From Fibrobacterales bacterium (GTDB lineage: Bacteria; Fibrobacterota; Fibrobacteria; Fibrobacterales; JAOPTW01): a stretch of DNA of 64,000 nucleotides. The number at the start of each line of letters is the position of its first letter. Within the stretch, counting starts at the first letter, position 1. Positions 43,231 through 53,463 of this stretch are shown here, in pieces. The stretch lies in contig JAOPTX010000047.1 of NCBI GenBank assembly GCA_051532055.1, positions 1 to 64,000 of the forward strand, in the 5' to 3' direction. The translations under genes were made by a program, and so were the position numbers. The notes below the pieces were generated by a model, which saw only the letters and a program-made list of their open reading frames with translations, ran no database searches and was not told the DNA's origin.

Positions 43231-44325
43231 TTATTGAATAATAAACAAGGATTTTCGGCTTCCTTGTAGCGTTATAATCAGACCTGTAGGAAGAAAGCGA
43301 GGTATGTCACCTGAGATAATACCATGAAACAGTTGGACTCCAGTCACTGAATAAATCGTAATTGGTTTGCTTAAAGCTATATGATTAATCCAGTGCCTTT
43401 GATCTGTTTCTGTAAAGGTGAGATTAATAGCTACAGGTGCTTCACTGGAGGAGGTTTCAATGATTGATGACTCTACAGTAGATGATTCCTCACTCGATGA
43501 TTCTTCTTCATAAGGTTCATCATTCCCTTGTGGGGGTTCTTCAGTAGCTTGAGAACTTGATACATCAGCTGAATGTGATGAAGGAGTGGTTGAACTTATT
43601 GTCGCTTCTGAACTTGATTCATCACGCCAGCCAACTTTTTGCCAGCCTTCTTCTATGAGTGCATCGGTGATGCCGCAACCGCCGGCATTGGGGTCAGTAC
43701 CTCCATTAAGACGGGGGATATAGACTGGGTGTACTTCTCCGCTTTCGGTGATGTGTTCGATATTAGATTCTGAATCATCCCAAAAGATTACTCGCATACG
43801 ATCTTCGGCATTATCGGGGTCCATACCATATGCCCGCATAATTTTGTCATTGACATCGGGCTTATATGAATTATGATCCATGTGATAGGCACAGGTTTCA
43901 CAGTTCCAGTTTGCCTTGTCGTTGATTTTTGGATAGGACCACTCTTTTGATGCGTTGTCGTAATGATCTGATTGCAAAAATTCAGGAAAGTGGTTGTCAT
44001 CAATGAGATGACTAATTTTGTCCTCATAACCCACTTCAAGAGCTGCATGGCTATTGATACCGATAAATGCTCCATTGTCAACACACCGTGCAATAGCTTC
44101 ACGTGCTTTTACCCCTAGGCACTGATAGCGTGGGTCCCAATTGTAGACATTGTTGTCGCTCGAATAGTTAAAGCAATGGTACTCCTCTTTATCATCAGTA
44201 GCAGGGCATTTATGTGATGAAAGGGTAAGGTCATAATCAAAGATACAAAGAACCTGAGGGTTTTTGGCAAATGTCGATAGGGCAAGGAGGGTACTTATAA
44301 TAAGTGTATTTTTGAGAAATGTCAT
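43231..44325 (-). CDS. Secreted HAD-like protein with Ser-rich linker and T9SS-like tail
   Basis: Signal peptide; CIFDYDLTLS (DxDxT), IFWDD; tail IYSVTG...LPTGL. Confidence 0.65.
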   Translation of the reverse strand: MTFLKNTLIISTLLALSTFAKNPQVLCIFDYDLTLSSHKCPATDDKEEYHCFNYSSDNNVYNWDPRYQCLGVKAREAIARCVDNGAFIGINSHAALEVGYEDKISHLIDDNHFPEFLQSDHYDNASKEWSYPKINDKANWNCETCAYHMDHNSYKPDVNDKIMRAYGMDPDNAEDRMRVIFWDDSESNIEHITESGEVHPVYIPRLNGGTDPNAGGCGITDALIEEGWQKVGWRDESSSEATISSTTPSSHSADVSSSQATEEPPQGNDEPYEEESSSEESSTVESSIIETSSSEAPVAINLTFTETDQRHWINHIALSKPITIYSVTGVQLFHGIISGDIPRFLPTGLIITLQGSRKSLFIIQ

Positions 44326-44447
44326 GATTTTCTTAGTGTAGTGTATGCATGAATTAATGTAGTAATTATCTAAATTTCTCTGATTAGATAGTTATTTATC
44401 GAGTTATAAATGGTGGGTTACTGTTCTTAAAGTGGGGGTATATTCGA

Positions 44448-46508
44448 CTACCCATGCAACATAGTGTACGCACTTTTAATAGCTTCTTCACTTCCACTGA
44501 GCACCAGAACATCGCCAGATCGCAAAATAGTATCAGCAGTCGGTAAGGCGGATTCTTTACCTTTAGAGCTTATAGCCATAACCAATGCTCCAGTGAGTGC
44601 ACGTAAATTAAGCTCAGATAGGCTTTTATCAACAGCAAAACTCTCAGTTTTTAGTTCGACTGTTTCTGGGTGACCCATACCTGGTAGAAGTTTGTTTACG
44701 AGATCCATAGAGGATTGATGGGTATCGGTATCTCTGCCTTTCAGGTTAATTTGATTTTGTAGGGCAGATGCTATAACTTGGGCTCCCGCCTTAACATGGC
44801 CATCTAGATTTCGAGCCCGTTTCCAAAAGGCAACACCGAAACCAAAAAGGGTAATAGCTATCACTGAAGAGACTGTTCCTGTTGGGGCGATAGGCTCAAG
44901 AAGAATCACTATGGGGATACTGATTATAATAATTTGAATACTATGGAGAGAGGTGCTGAGTACTCTGCGTGGTGCTAGTCCTGAGTCAACGCCATTGTTT
45001 GGAGGTAATGGTAGTGTGGTAATGGCTATTTCTCGTGCGATTCTTGAGGTGAGCCCTATTATTCCGCCAAAGAGAGGAATAATGATAATCACAGCGCCAA
45101 CGATAAAGATGGTACTGCTAATTTGCTCTGGAATGGCAAGTTTTTCACCTAATACATGGAATATAGCATCGCTTTTTAATGCGGCTATGGAGAGTATTAC
45201 GAGAAAAAGAAAATCAACACCCAACCATTTTAACCAACGGAACAATTTGGTTCTGAGAGTACTGTTATCCTTTTTCTTATACACTTGTTCGAGCCAGGAG
45301 CCATAGAGTGATGCAAAGGTTTGAAGAGGGGAGGGGAGGTGATTGGAGATAAAAAGGGCAATTGAAGAACTATGGCGAACCAAGTAAGGGGTTGTCCAGG
45401 TTGTGAGTACCGCAACGCTGACTGCAATAGAAAAAAGAGCAGGTGATACCACTCCAAAAACGAGGCCAATACCGACTATTAAAAAGCTAAACTCTCCAAT
45501 TTGAGAGAGGCTGAGCCCTGCTTCGAGCGCCAAGGTTAAGGGTCTTCCTGTGATAAAAGTACCGAGGGTAATAGTTACTGTTTGACCTATGATGACAAGA
45601 ACAGTAATGAGGAGTATGAGAGTTATGTTGTCAAAGGCGAGCATAGGATTGAGCTGCATGCCAATAGATACAAAGAAAATAGCGGTAAAGAGGTCACGAA
45701 TGGGGGAAATTTGTCGTGCTATTTTATGGGATATTGCTCCCGACTCTGCAACGAGTGAGCCAGCAATAAATGCTCCGAGCGCCATAGAGTACCCAAAAGT
45801 TTTAGCGAGGAGCGCTATAGCAAAACAAAGGCCAATACTCGTGATGATATTCGTTTCGGGGTTTTTAAGAATACTCACAAATTGGGTAAGTCTTGGTATG
45901 AGGAGAATACCGATGAATACCAATGCTGCCAAAAAGCCACCTAATCCTAAAAGCATTGAGGTAAAGCTATCTAATGTAAAGCCAGACCCTGATGCGACAG
46001 CGGTGAGTGCGGCCATGAGAATAATAGCGATAAGATCCTGTGCGACTAAAATGCCAATCACTAAATCTTTTAAGCTTTTCTCTTTCTTGCCACTTTGAAA
46101 GGTTCTCGTAACCACTGCACTTGAGCTCACGGCGAGCATGCCACCCAAAAAGACACTTTGAATTTCTGACCAGCCCAGAATGCGTCCTAAAGTGACACCG
46201 AGGAATATCATAAGAAATGCTTGGACTAGCGCAATAAGACCTGAAGACAATCCTACTCTTAAAAATTTGGTAATAGAGAATTCGAGGCCAATCCCAAAGA
46301 GTAACAGAACCACACCAATTTCGGATAAAAGATGTACCACCGCTTTATCAGCAACTAATGGCGTTGGAAGGTAAGGCCCAACCAAGACACCTGCAACGAG
46401 GTACCCCATTAACACTGGTTGTTTGAGCTTTTGGAAAAGTACGGTTACGAGTCCTGCTGCAACTAATACAATGGTAAACGCTTCTATGAATACATGTTGG
46501 TCAATCAT
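44448..46508 (-). CDS. CPA2 cation:proton antiporter with C-terminal TrkA-C domain
   Basis: GVVLLLFGIGLEFS, LGAFIAG, IFFVSIG, SQIGEFSF; LSELNLRALTGA. Confidence 0.93.
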   Translation of the reverse strand: MIDQHVFIEAFTIVLVAAGLVTVLFQKLKQPVLMGYLVAGVLVGPYLPTPLVADKAVVHLLSEIGVVLLLFGIGLEFSITKFLRVGLSSGLIALVQAFLMIFLGVTLGRILGWSEIQSVFLGGMLAVSSSAVVTRTFQSGKKEKSLKDLVIGILVAQDLIAIILMAALTAVASGSGFTLDSFTSMLLGLGGFLAALVFIGILLIPRLTQFVSILKNPETNIITSIGLCFAIALLAKTFGYSMALGAFIAGSLVAESGAISHKIARQISPIRDLFTAIFFVSIGMQLNPMLAFDNITLILLITVLVIIGQTVTITLGTFITGRPLTLALEAGLSLSQIGEFSFLIVGIGLVFGVVSPALFSIAVSVAVLTTWTTPYLVRHSSSIALFISNHLPSPLQTFASLYGSWLEQVYKKKDNSTLRTKLFRWLKWLGVDFLFLVILSIAALKSDAIFHVLGEKLAIPEQISSTIFIVGAVIIIIPLFGGIIGLTSRIAREIAITTLPLPPNNGVDSGLAPRRVLSTSLHSIQIIIISIPIVILLEPIAPTGTVSSVIAITLFGFGVAFWKRARNLDGHVKAGAQVIASALQNQINLKGRDTDTHQSSMDLVNKLLPGMGHPETVELKTESFAVDKSLSELNLRALTGALVMAISSKGKESALPTADTILRSGDVLVLSGSEEAIKSAYTMLHG

Positions 46509-46675
46509 GGGGAGCCATTTTGGTGTCGGTACCCTAAAATTTAGGCATTTAGTTGTGGAATATGAAGAAAAAGGGATGAGGAAGAGGAAATATTCAATTA
46601 TGGAATGAAGCTGGAATGTTATTTGTGTTATACCTGCACTCCAGTATAAAGAGAGTTGCAGTGCAGGAGTTGTTT

Positions 46676-47569
46676 TTATTTAATATATGATATAAACCTC
46701 AGGCTGTTTTCCATCATCATAGGAATGATAAATTGGTTACGCTCTGGAATAAATTCAAAATCTGCTCCTACTGTATTGATTGAAAACAATGATGTGGTGT
46801 CACCTGTTGTAGAAACTTCATAGACGGTTCCCGAGAAATAGTCATTGGTATAAAATGCACCGTTTGATGCAGGTTCAAGTCCATCAAGATTACCAAAGGG
46901 TGTTTGAGTAACTACAGCTATTTCTTGAGTCGTAAGAGAAATTTTCTTTACGGTGCCTGGAATAGATGTCTCAAATCCATTGCCATTAAATGTTCCCCAA
47001 GATGCACTATAAAGGAATGCGCCATCTATGTGCAGTCCATTAGGATGGTCGAGGAGAGGGTCTTGTAAAAAGAGTGTGAGAGAGTCGTGCTCAAGACGGT
47101 AGATTGCATTACCCATCATATCCGAGACATAGATTTGCCCTGATTGATCTATGGCGAGGTCATTGAGGAATAGAGCACCACTATTGGGGTATCGTGCTAC
47201 TATGGTGCTCGTAGGTATATCTATTGCCACGAGAGTTGTAATGTCTGATACATAGAGGGTGTTCTGGTTTATGACCATCCCTTTAGGGGCGTTGAGTCCA
47301 GTCACCCATGCAGTGTCTATCATGGTGCCGTCTAAAGAGACTTTGGATATGAACCCTTTACCATCATGTTCGTTGGGTGCCCCTTGTACATTAGAGACAT
47401 AGAGCATGTTTCGTTCAGAATCATGAATGACTGATTCAGGAGTATCAAACCCAGTGAGAATAGTATCGATCCCTTTAGTGAGGGAAGGTTGAGTTGTTGT
47501 GCTGCATCCTGAGATAAGGGCAGTAGTAAGAGTTGTTATGAGTGCGGCTGATCGTAAAAACGGTATCAT
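46676..47569 (-). CDS. SMP-30/gluconolactonase-like beta-propeller lipoprotein
   Basis: Lipobox ISGC; PESV, LNAPKGM, FLNDL, PNGL, LDGL; GGAGG RBS before ATG 47569. Confidence 0.85.
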   Translation of the reverse strand: MIPFLRSAALITTLTTALISGCSTTTQPSLTKGIDTILTGFDTPESVIHDSERNMLYVSNVQGAPNEHDGKGFISKVSLDGTMIDTAWVTGLNAPKGMVINQNTLYVSDITTLVAIDIPTSTIVARYPNSGALFLNDLAIDQSGQIYVSDMMGNAIYRLEHDSLTLFLQDPLLDHPNGLHIDGAFLYSASWGTFNGNGFETSIPGTVKKISLTTQEIAVVTQTPFGNLDGLEPASNGAFYTNDYFSGTVYEVSTTGDTTSLFSINTVGADFEFIPERNQFIIPMMMENSLRFISYIK

Positions 47570-47640
47570 GATGCCTCCAGTTAAGTATGTATCTGGAGTA
47601 AATGTACTCGGTTGGCCCAATTGAATCTAACGCTGGTGGT

Positions 47641-48510
47641 TTAAAAAATACCGTTTTTAGCCATTTGTTTTGGAGTGATCCCAAATTCATCTTTAAAGCG
47701 GGCAATAAAATTGGATAAATTGCGGTAGCCTACTGCGGTACAAATTTCACTGATGTTTTTTTCGGAATTGACAATCAAGGAACGTGCTTTATGGAGTCTT
47801 TTCATACGGAGCCACTCTCCAGGCGGCTGATCATAGATCTCTTTGAACTCTAATTTGAAGCTCGTAAGACTCTTACCCGATAGTTTTGCATAGTCGGCTA
47901 TTTGGAGATCTGAGTGGTAGTGCTTTTCCATAATATCACGAATGTTAAAACCTTTGTTCTCACGTGTGGTTAAGAGGAGTTTGACAAAGTCAGGGTTGGT
48001 GGTATCGCTACAGAGAGTGTGGAGAAGTTCCGTTATCTTAAAAGGGAGCACAGCACTTACATCCATATCTGGTTGGTTTAGATAGGGGAGTATTGAGTGG
48101 AGAAACCCTTGGAGTGCGGGCGTCACGTTAATCTTAAAGCCAGAACGGGGTTCTTGTACATCCTTGACGTTTGTTTTATTCTTGAGCTGTTCAATAAAGT
48201 TGTTTATAAAGTGAGGTTGGATAAAAAAGACGAGACTCGAAAAGTGCTGAGTGTTGTTGAGTACTTCAGCCATGCCATAGACCCCACGATTGAGAAAAAA
48301 GGCATCTCCGGCCTTTGCACGAATAGTCGTATCCTGAAGAGTAATAACCTTCTCTCCTTCTTGTATAATACAAAAGAGGTAGCATGAGAGACTAATATCA
48401 AAGGTTGCTTTGAATGGGGCGTCTGTTCTTCGGTACTGCACGACAGTACAACCCTCTAATTCGAGGGTGCCAAAAGATGGTGGGTTAAAATATTCAGGAA
48501 GTTTAAACAT
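47641..48510 (-). CDS. AraC-family transcriptional regulator
   Basis: SGKSLTSFK..F, ISEIC.AVGY.NLSNF...FK..FG.TP. Confidence 0.93.
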   Translation of the reverse strand: MFKLPEYFNPPSFGTLELEGCTVVQYRRTDAPFKATFDISLSCYLFCIIQEGEKVITLQDTTIRAKAGDAFFLNRGVYGMAEVLNNTQHFSSLVFFIQPHFINNFIEQLKNKTNVKDVQEPRSGFKINVTPALQGFLHSILPYLNQPDMDVSAVLPFKITELLHTLCSDTTNPDFVKLLLTTRENKGFNIRDIMEKHYHSDLQIADYAKLSGKSLTSFKLEFKEIYDQPPGEWLRMKRLHKARSLIVNSEKNISEICTAVGYRNLSNFIARFKDEFGITPKQMAKNGIF

Positions 48511-48554
48511 TGACTACTTTTTAATATCGAAGATTGGTTAAAAAGTAGTCAATG
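48508..48554. repeat. Perfect 17-bp inverted repeat overlapping the AraC start codon
   Basis: CATTGACTACTTTTTAA-N13-TTAAAAAGTAGTCAATG. Confidence 0.9.
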
Positions 48555-48598
48555 ATAGATTGATAGAGTAGTGATGAATTTTGTTAATTTAGTGCTTA

Positions 48599-49783
48599 TC
48601 AGATCTCAGGTACTACAAATGTGGACATAACTTTTTGTATCGTTTTATCAAAAATGTGTTTTACGTTAATATCATTATCGAGATAGTGCATACTCATTTT
48701 GAGGCCTAGAGCATTTTTTGTTCCCTCTTCAACACATGTATCATATTCTTCATCTTCTGTTACTCGTAAACAACTCTCTTCTTGAGATTCGCCAGAATAG
48801 GGCATTTCCAAGCATGTTTTAGAACAACCATAAACTGTTGTAGTTACCTGAATACCTTCTGGAACGATATCATAATACATTAGTGCAATAGAATCAGTAA
48901 TTGGCATTTTAATTTCCAGGGTATTACAATCTTTTTTCGACATAGAGGAGGATACATCTCCTTCAATTTCAGGGACTATCAGGTCCATATAGCACCCTTC
49001 TTCTAAAAGGTATTTTGCCATACATGCCCCCATGATTGGCCCTTCCATGCTTTCTTCACAAGTGCCATTGGAACCACCAAATGCTCCCGCTGCTTGGCCA
49101 CCACATCCATTTATGCTATAGTTCAAAGTTATTCCATCTACTCCATTATGGAATGACATGTCTACAGGGATAGTAAGTCCTTCCTTTACAGTTGTCTCCA
49201 TGCGGAGACTATTACAGGTTACATTTGAAAAAGCCATTGATGGTGCAGCGGGCCCATTTTCTGTCATTTCACTGTCTAAGGGGACTTGTGCCATCATAGT
49301 GCCCATGCAAATTGACCCGCTATAGTCAAAATGTGCAGAAGAATCAGAAATGGTAATTGTTGCTTTAAGGTCAGTTGCACTTTTCATCATAGCAATATTT
49401 TCATTATTTTCACAATCGTCTATTTCTCGAGAAACAAATGAATAATCCGTATGCCACTTTCCTTGTAATGTTGTTGGCGCTGTATCTGAGTCAGGAGTAT
49501 ATTCCATTTTATCGCAATCATCATCTTCCCATGTATAGAGGAGTCCATTAGCTATTTCATAATTTCGAGTTACTGAGTCTTTGAATATGACATCATCATC
49601 GTCACAATCAATTTTTTCAACAATAAATGACTCATCATCAATTGCAATAATAGTTTCTGACTCTTCAATGCCATCCATTATTAGGCCTGAATTATCAGGT
49701 GAGGTAGTTTCGTCTGAATTAAATAGGTCACATGCTGTGACTGATAACAGAGTGAGTGCTAATAGGGTGAGATAGTATTTCAT
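48599..49783 (-). CDS. Cys-rich acidic lipoprotein, unknown function
   Basis: MKYYLTLLALTLLSVTAC lipobox; many Cys. Confidence 0.75.
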   Translation of the reverse strand: MKYYLTLLALTLLSVTACDLFNSDETTSPDNSGLIMDGIEESETIIAIDDESFIVEKIDCDDDDVIFKDSVTRNYEIANGLLYTWEDDDCDKMEYTPDSDTAPTTLQGKWHTDYSFVSREIDDCENNENIAMMKSATDLKATITISDSSAHFDYSGSICMGTMMAQVPLDSEMTENGPAAPSMAFSNVTCNSLRMETTVKEGLTIPVDMSFHNGVDGITLNYSINGCGGQAAGAFGGSNGTCEESMEGPIMGACMAKYLLEEGCYMDLIVPEIEGDVSSSMSKKDCNTLEIKMPITDSIALMYYDIVPEGIQVTTTVYGCSKTCLEMPYSGESQEESCLRVTEDEEYDTCVEEGTKNALGLKMSMHYLDNDINVKHIFDKTIQKVMSTFVVPEI

Positions 49784-50032
49784 TGGGTTCCTTAGTATAA
49801 TATGTAGAAATTCAATTACCACAGGCTTTGTAGTATTGGAGTAATAAATTAGTTAGGGGTTAGATTGATAATTCGGTAAAAATAAAAAATTGAGCTACTA
49901 GAAGCACGTAATTGGAGAATATAGTTGAGGAGTGAAAGGCTTGCACTCATGACCGGAGGATAAAATAGGGCGCTCGACAGGAACATTTTTTCCTTATTGG
50001 AGAAAATTATTCTCTCATAAATAGTATTTGTC

Positions 50033-50059
50033 TAAAGTTGCCCCTTAAAAAGCCGATAT
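50033..50059 (+). promoter_or_regulatory. Putative sigma28 promoter upstream of flgB
   Basis: TAAAGTTG-N11-GCCGATAT versus consensus TAAAGTTT-N11-GCCGATAA. Confidence 0.75.
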
Positions 50060-50083
50060 AGGCTGATTTCTAGTAATTTAAAT

Positions 50084-50104
50084 TTGGCACAGTTATCGCT
50101 TTTA
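50084..50104 (+). promoter_or_regulatory. Putative sigma54 promoter upstream of flgB
   Basis: TTGGCACAGTTATCGCT with exact -24/-12 spacing. Confidence 0.75.
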
Positions 50105-50135
50105 CATAAAGAGTGTACTTCACTATGGTGTAAAA

Positions 50136-50549
50136 ATGGATTTACGGGGATACATGTTTCAGGGTACTAGAAGAACCCTGCTTTACAAAAGCCTTGATGC
50201 AAATGGAATGCGAAATCGAGCTATATCCCACAATATTGCTAATGCGAATACCGTGGGATATCAGCGAAAAGAGGTTCACTTTGAAGAACAAGTGAGAGCT
50301 GCCCTTCGGCTAAAAGTTGATGGTGAAACAACGAATGAAGAACATTTTGAAATTGGCAAAGATGCAGCGGTTAAGAAGTTGAAAGCTTTTGCTTTAGAGG
50401 CAAATGACGCGACACTTCCTGGTGAAATCAACAACGTTGATATTGATCTAGAAATGTCAAAGCTCGCAGAAAACCAAATACAATATAATTACAATATTAA
50501 GTTTTCTGGATTTGAAAAATTTCTTGGTGCTATTAAAGGGCGCATGTAA
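50136..50549 (+). CDS. flgB: Flagellar basal-body rod protein FlgB
   Basis: RNRAISHNIANANTVGYQRKEVHFE; NNVDIDLEMSKLAENQIQY. Confidence 0.93.
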   Translation: MDLRGYMFQGTRRTLLYKSLDANGMRNRAISHNIANANTVGYQRKEVHFEEQVRAALRLKVDGETTNEEHFEIGKDAAVKKLKAFALEANDATLPGEINNVDIDLEMSKLAENQIQYNYNIKFSGFEKFLGAIKGRM

Positions 50550-50822
50550 TCGAGTAGGCTTGACGGAGTAATTCTATCTACTCCTGTGATACTGCTATAA
50601 GTATCTAAACACAGATATCTTCACATTGGAGGTATCTTGTTTAACGACGATAATCAAAAAAATTCTAATACTGTTTAAACACCTTCTTAAACGAAAATAT
50701 AGATGCCAACTGTTTAATGCCTATTGGTTCACTGCTCACTTAGCTAGAATTATTTGCACAATAATGAGAGTGTAATGTTACTACGCGACTACATGTGAGA
50801 ATGTGCTTAGTGGGCAATAATT

Positions 50823-52667
50823 ATGGGGACAGATATGGATACAATGACAGTAAATCCAGAAAATGAAGGGTTACAGCAGGGAACAGACCTTAACTTTCAG
50901 TTAGAAATGCCAGGGATTCCAATCTATTCAGAAAATGATGCAGTACTCAATCATATGCATGGTGTGTATGTTGAAGTGGGCCTGGATTTAAAGTTTAGGG
51001 CGGTGAATGAATATGCTCGGAAGCGATTGGGGTATACACACGAAGAAATGATAGGGCAGATGAGCTGCCTGAAAGTGTTTCCACAATATCAAGTTGAACG
51101 ATTAGTACAGGTGACAACGAAGGTTATGTGTAATGATTATGGCAATGAACTGGAATGGGAAATTCTAGGGCGCAATGGTTCTATCATGCATATTCGGGCA
51201 ACGGGGTATCCACTCAAAGATGATGCGGGTAACATTATTGGGATAAAAGTTTTTGGGAGGGAAGTTACCGGTTGGAAAGACCTAGAGGCGAAATTATTAG
51301 CGAGTGAAAACCGGTTTCGAGCACTTTTTTCTCAATCTCCTATGGGGACAGTGTTGTTTTATGCAAATGGGTTAATAGCCAAGTCTAATGCTGCCTTTAA
51401 AAGCCTGTATGCAGAAGTTGAGAGGCCCAGTGATGCTCCGCCTACAGTACAGAGCTTTATCTCGTTAAGTTCAGTTCTGATTACTCAATTAAAAAAGGAT
51501 GAACACACCGTTGCATTGGGTTCTGTGGTTGTAAAAGATGGCATGGACTATCATACACAATGGCGTATATCAAGGATGGATGATTCAGAGGTTGAGAGTG
51601 CTACTTCCATGTATATTGCCTATGTTGAAAAAAGGGTACTCAGCAAGCCGATTATCAGAGACATTGAGCAACAATCTGATACTTGTATACCGTCTCAAGG
51701 TTCTCAAAACAAAAAATTGATTAACAAGGATATGTACTTAGATAACTTCATTTTTAATAGTCCTGAAATGGGTAAAATTTTGGCAAAAATTCCGAGTATG
51801 GCTCAATCAGGTGCGCCACTATTGATTCGGGGCGAGAGTGGGACGGGCAAAGAGATAATTGCCCATTTGATACAAGAGAGTAAAAATGAGAAAGGCTCTC
51901 CATTTATCTCTCTTAATTGTGGCAGTATTCCTGACAGTCTCATAGAATCAGAACTGTTTGGGTACCGAGCTGGTGCTTTTACTGATGCTAAGAAAAATAA
52001 GAAGGGCAAAGTTGAGCTTGCACAGGGAGGTATACTCTTTCTTGATGAAATTGGAGATATGCCGCTGAATATGCAGGTAAAATTATTGAGACTCCTTGAA
52101 CAAAAACGGTTTTATCCTTTAGGGAGTGAAACTGAGGTACAGGTAGATATTAGAATAATTGCAGCAACCCACCAGCCACTCGAAGACCTAGTCGCACAAA
52201 AAATATTCCGACAAGACCTCTACTATCGACTGAATGTTATAACGGTTAATTTACCGCCTTTGCGAGAGCGAAAAGAAGATATTCCAGCTCTCTGTTCAGT
52301 CTTTTTAGAAAAGGCAAATATACGGTCTCAAAAAAGTATTTCAGGTTTTAGTGGAGAGTTGCTGCACTTTTTTAAAGAGTACTCTTTTCCTGGAAATATT
52401 CGTGAGCTCGAAAACATTGTCGATCATATGGTTATTTTCTGTTCTGAAATTGTATTGAAAATTGATCATTTACCTGATGAATTGTTAAGGAAAGCGAAAG
52501 TGTGGGTTGCGCCAGTAGAAGATGCTGGGAGTGAAGATAATTCTGAAATAGAAGTGACCTCTATTTCAGAGGCCATGCACATTGCCGGTGGTAATAAAAC
52601 CAAAGCGGCAAAGTTACTGGGTATGCATCGGTCAACTCTCATTCGCAAGTTGAAGAAAGAGGGGTGA
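50823..52667 (+). CDS. PAS-domain sigma54-dependent activator (AAA+, Fis HTH); start uncertain
   Basis: GESGTGKE, ESELFG, GAFTDA, LFLDEIGD, FRQDLYYRL, PGNIREL, AAKLLGM. Confidence 0.95.
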   Translation: MGTDMDTMTVNPENEGLQQGTDLNFQLEMPGIPIYSENDAVLNHMHGVYVEVGLDLKFRAVNEYARKRLGYTHEEMIGQMSCLKVFPQYQVERLVQVTTKVMCNDYGNELEWEILGRNGSIMHIRATGYPLKDDAGNIIGIKVFGREVTGWKDLEAKLLASENRFRALFSQSPMGTVLFYANGLIAKSNAAFKSLYAEVERPSDAPPTVQSFISLSSVLITQLKKDEHTVALGSVVVKDGMDYHTQWRISRMDDSEVESATSMYIAYVEKRVLSKPIIRDIEQQSDTCIPSQGSQNKKLINKDMYLDNFIFNSPEMGKILAKIPSMAQSGAPLLIRGESGTGKEIIAHLIQESKNEKGSPFISLNCGSIPDSLIESELFGYRAGAFTDAKKNKKGKVELAQGGILFLDEIGDMPLNMQVKLLRLLEQKRFYPLGSETEVQVDIRIIAATHQPLEDLVAQKIFRQDLYYRLNVITVNLPPLRERKEDIPALCSVFLEKANIRSQKSISGFSGELLHFFKEYSFPGNIRELENIVDHMVIFCSEIVLKIDHLPDELLRKAKVWVAPVEDAGSEDNSEIEVTSISEAMHIAGGNKTKAAKLLGMHRSTLIRKLKKEG

Positions 52668-52702
52668 GCCGATACATGGTGTTTAATTGATAAAAGTTAT
52701 TA

Positions 52703-53428
52703 TTATTCTGGGGAGCCACAAATCGCTGATGAAATTTGATTTTTCCATGTAGGAGAAAATATGTTTTTCATAAGATAAAGTGAAAGGTTAATGATCATTT
52801 CTCTTTCACCTTTATTAAGATTAGCCCTGAATGATTTGCCTGCATAAAATGGGTGTTCAAAAAACTTAAATGAAGAAGTATTGGAATTAGTACTTGCTTC
52901 TAATAGCATACTGGATGTTTTATTATCCCATCCAAACATATCCATAAGTTTAAAATCTTTCCAGTTATCAGTAGTGTACTCAACTCTATCTCCACGTAAT
53001 TTATCGTACTCGAAAAAAATCATACTGCAATCTTCTTCAGTTGTCGCCACTTGTTCTGTTGAACCTACTTTGGCTAAGGCAGAAGGCTTGCGTGAAGGTA
53101 GGTTCATATCTAAATCAGCTTCTTTTTCATTTTCATATATAGTGAAATGTTTATTATCCTCAAAATCTATAAGGGTAACTGAATTAGGAAATGCCATAAT
53201 TTCTGCAATTTTGGTATTGTCATCACCAGGAAGTAATTCTTCACTGGTATCAGTAATTCTATAGCGGGCCGTTAACTCTTCACCTTTATAGGTGTAAGTA
53301 ACCGTTTCAATAGTGGATGCAGCAATTGAATCCACTGTAGGCGTTGCGCTCATAGGTTGAGGTGTATCGGTGCAGCTCATCATGCAGAGTACTGAAGAGA
53401 GCGAAATAATTGATAGTAATTTTTTCAT
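52703..53428 (-). CDS. Lipoprotein with C-terminal beta/gamma-crystallin-like domain
   Basis: Lipobox MMSC; FFEYDKLRG...WDNKTSS, FFEHPFYAG...WKNQISS. Confidence 0.75.
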   Translation of the reverse strand: MKKLLSIISLSSVLCMMSCTDTPQPMSATPTVDSIAASTIETVTYTYKGEELTARYRITDTSEELLPGDDNTKIAEIMAFPNSVTLIDFEDNKHFTIYENEKEADLDMNLPSRKPSALAKVGSTEQVATTEEDCSMIFFEYDKLRGDRVEYTTDNWKDFKLMDMFGWDNKTSSMLLEASTNSNTSSFKFFEHPFYAGKSFRANLNKGEREMIINLSLYLMKNIFSPTWKNQISSAICGSPE

Positions 53429-53463
53429 ACTGTTCCTTTTTTTAGTTTGTGTTTTACTTATGC

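Noticed and set aside
50047..50065. AAAAGCCGATATAGGCT as a fourth member of the terminator family
   Set aside because: Weak stem; better explained as a sigma28 -10 box with a correctly spaced -35
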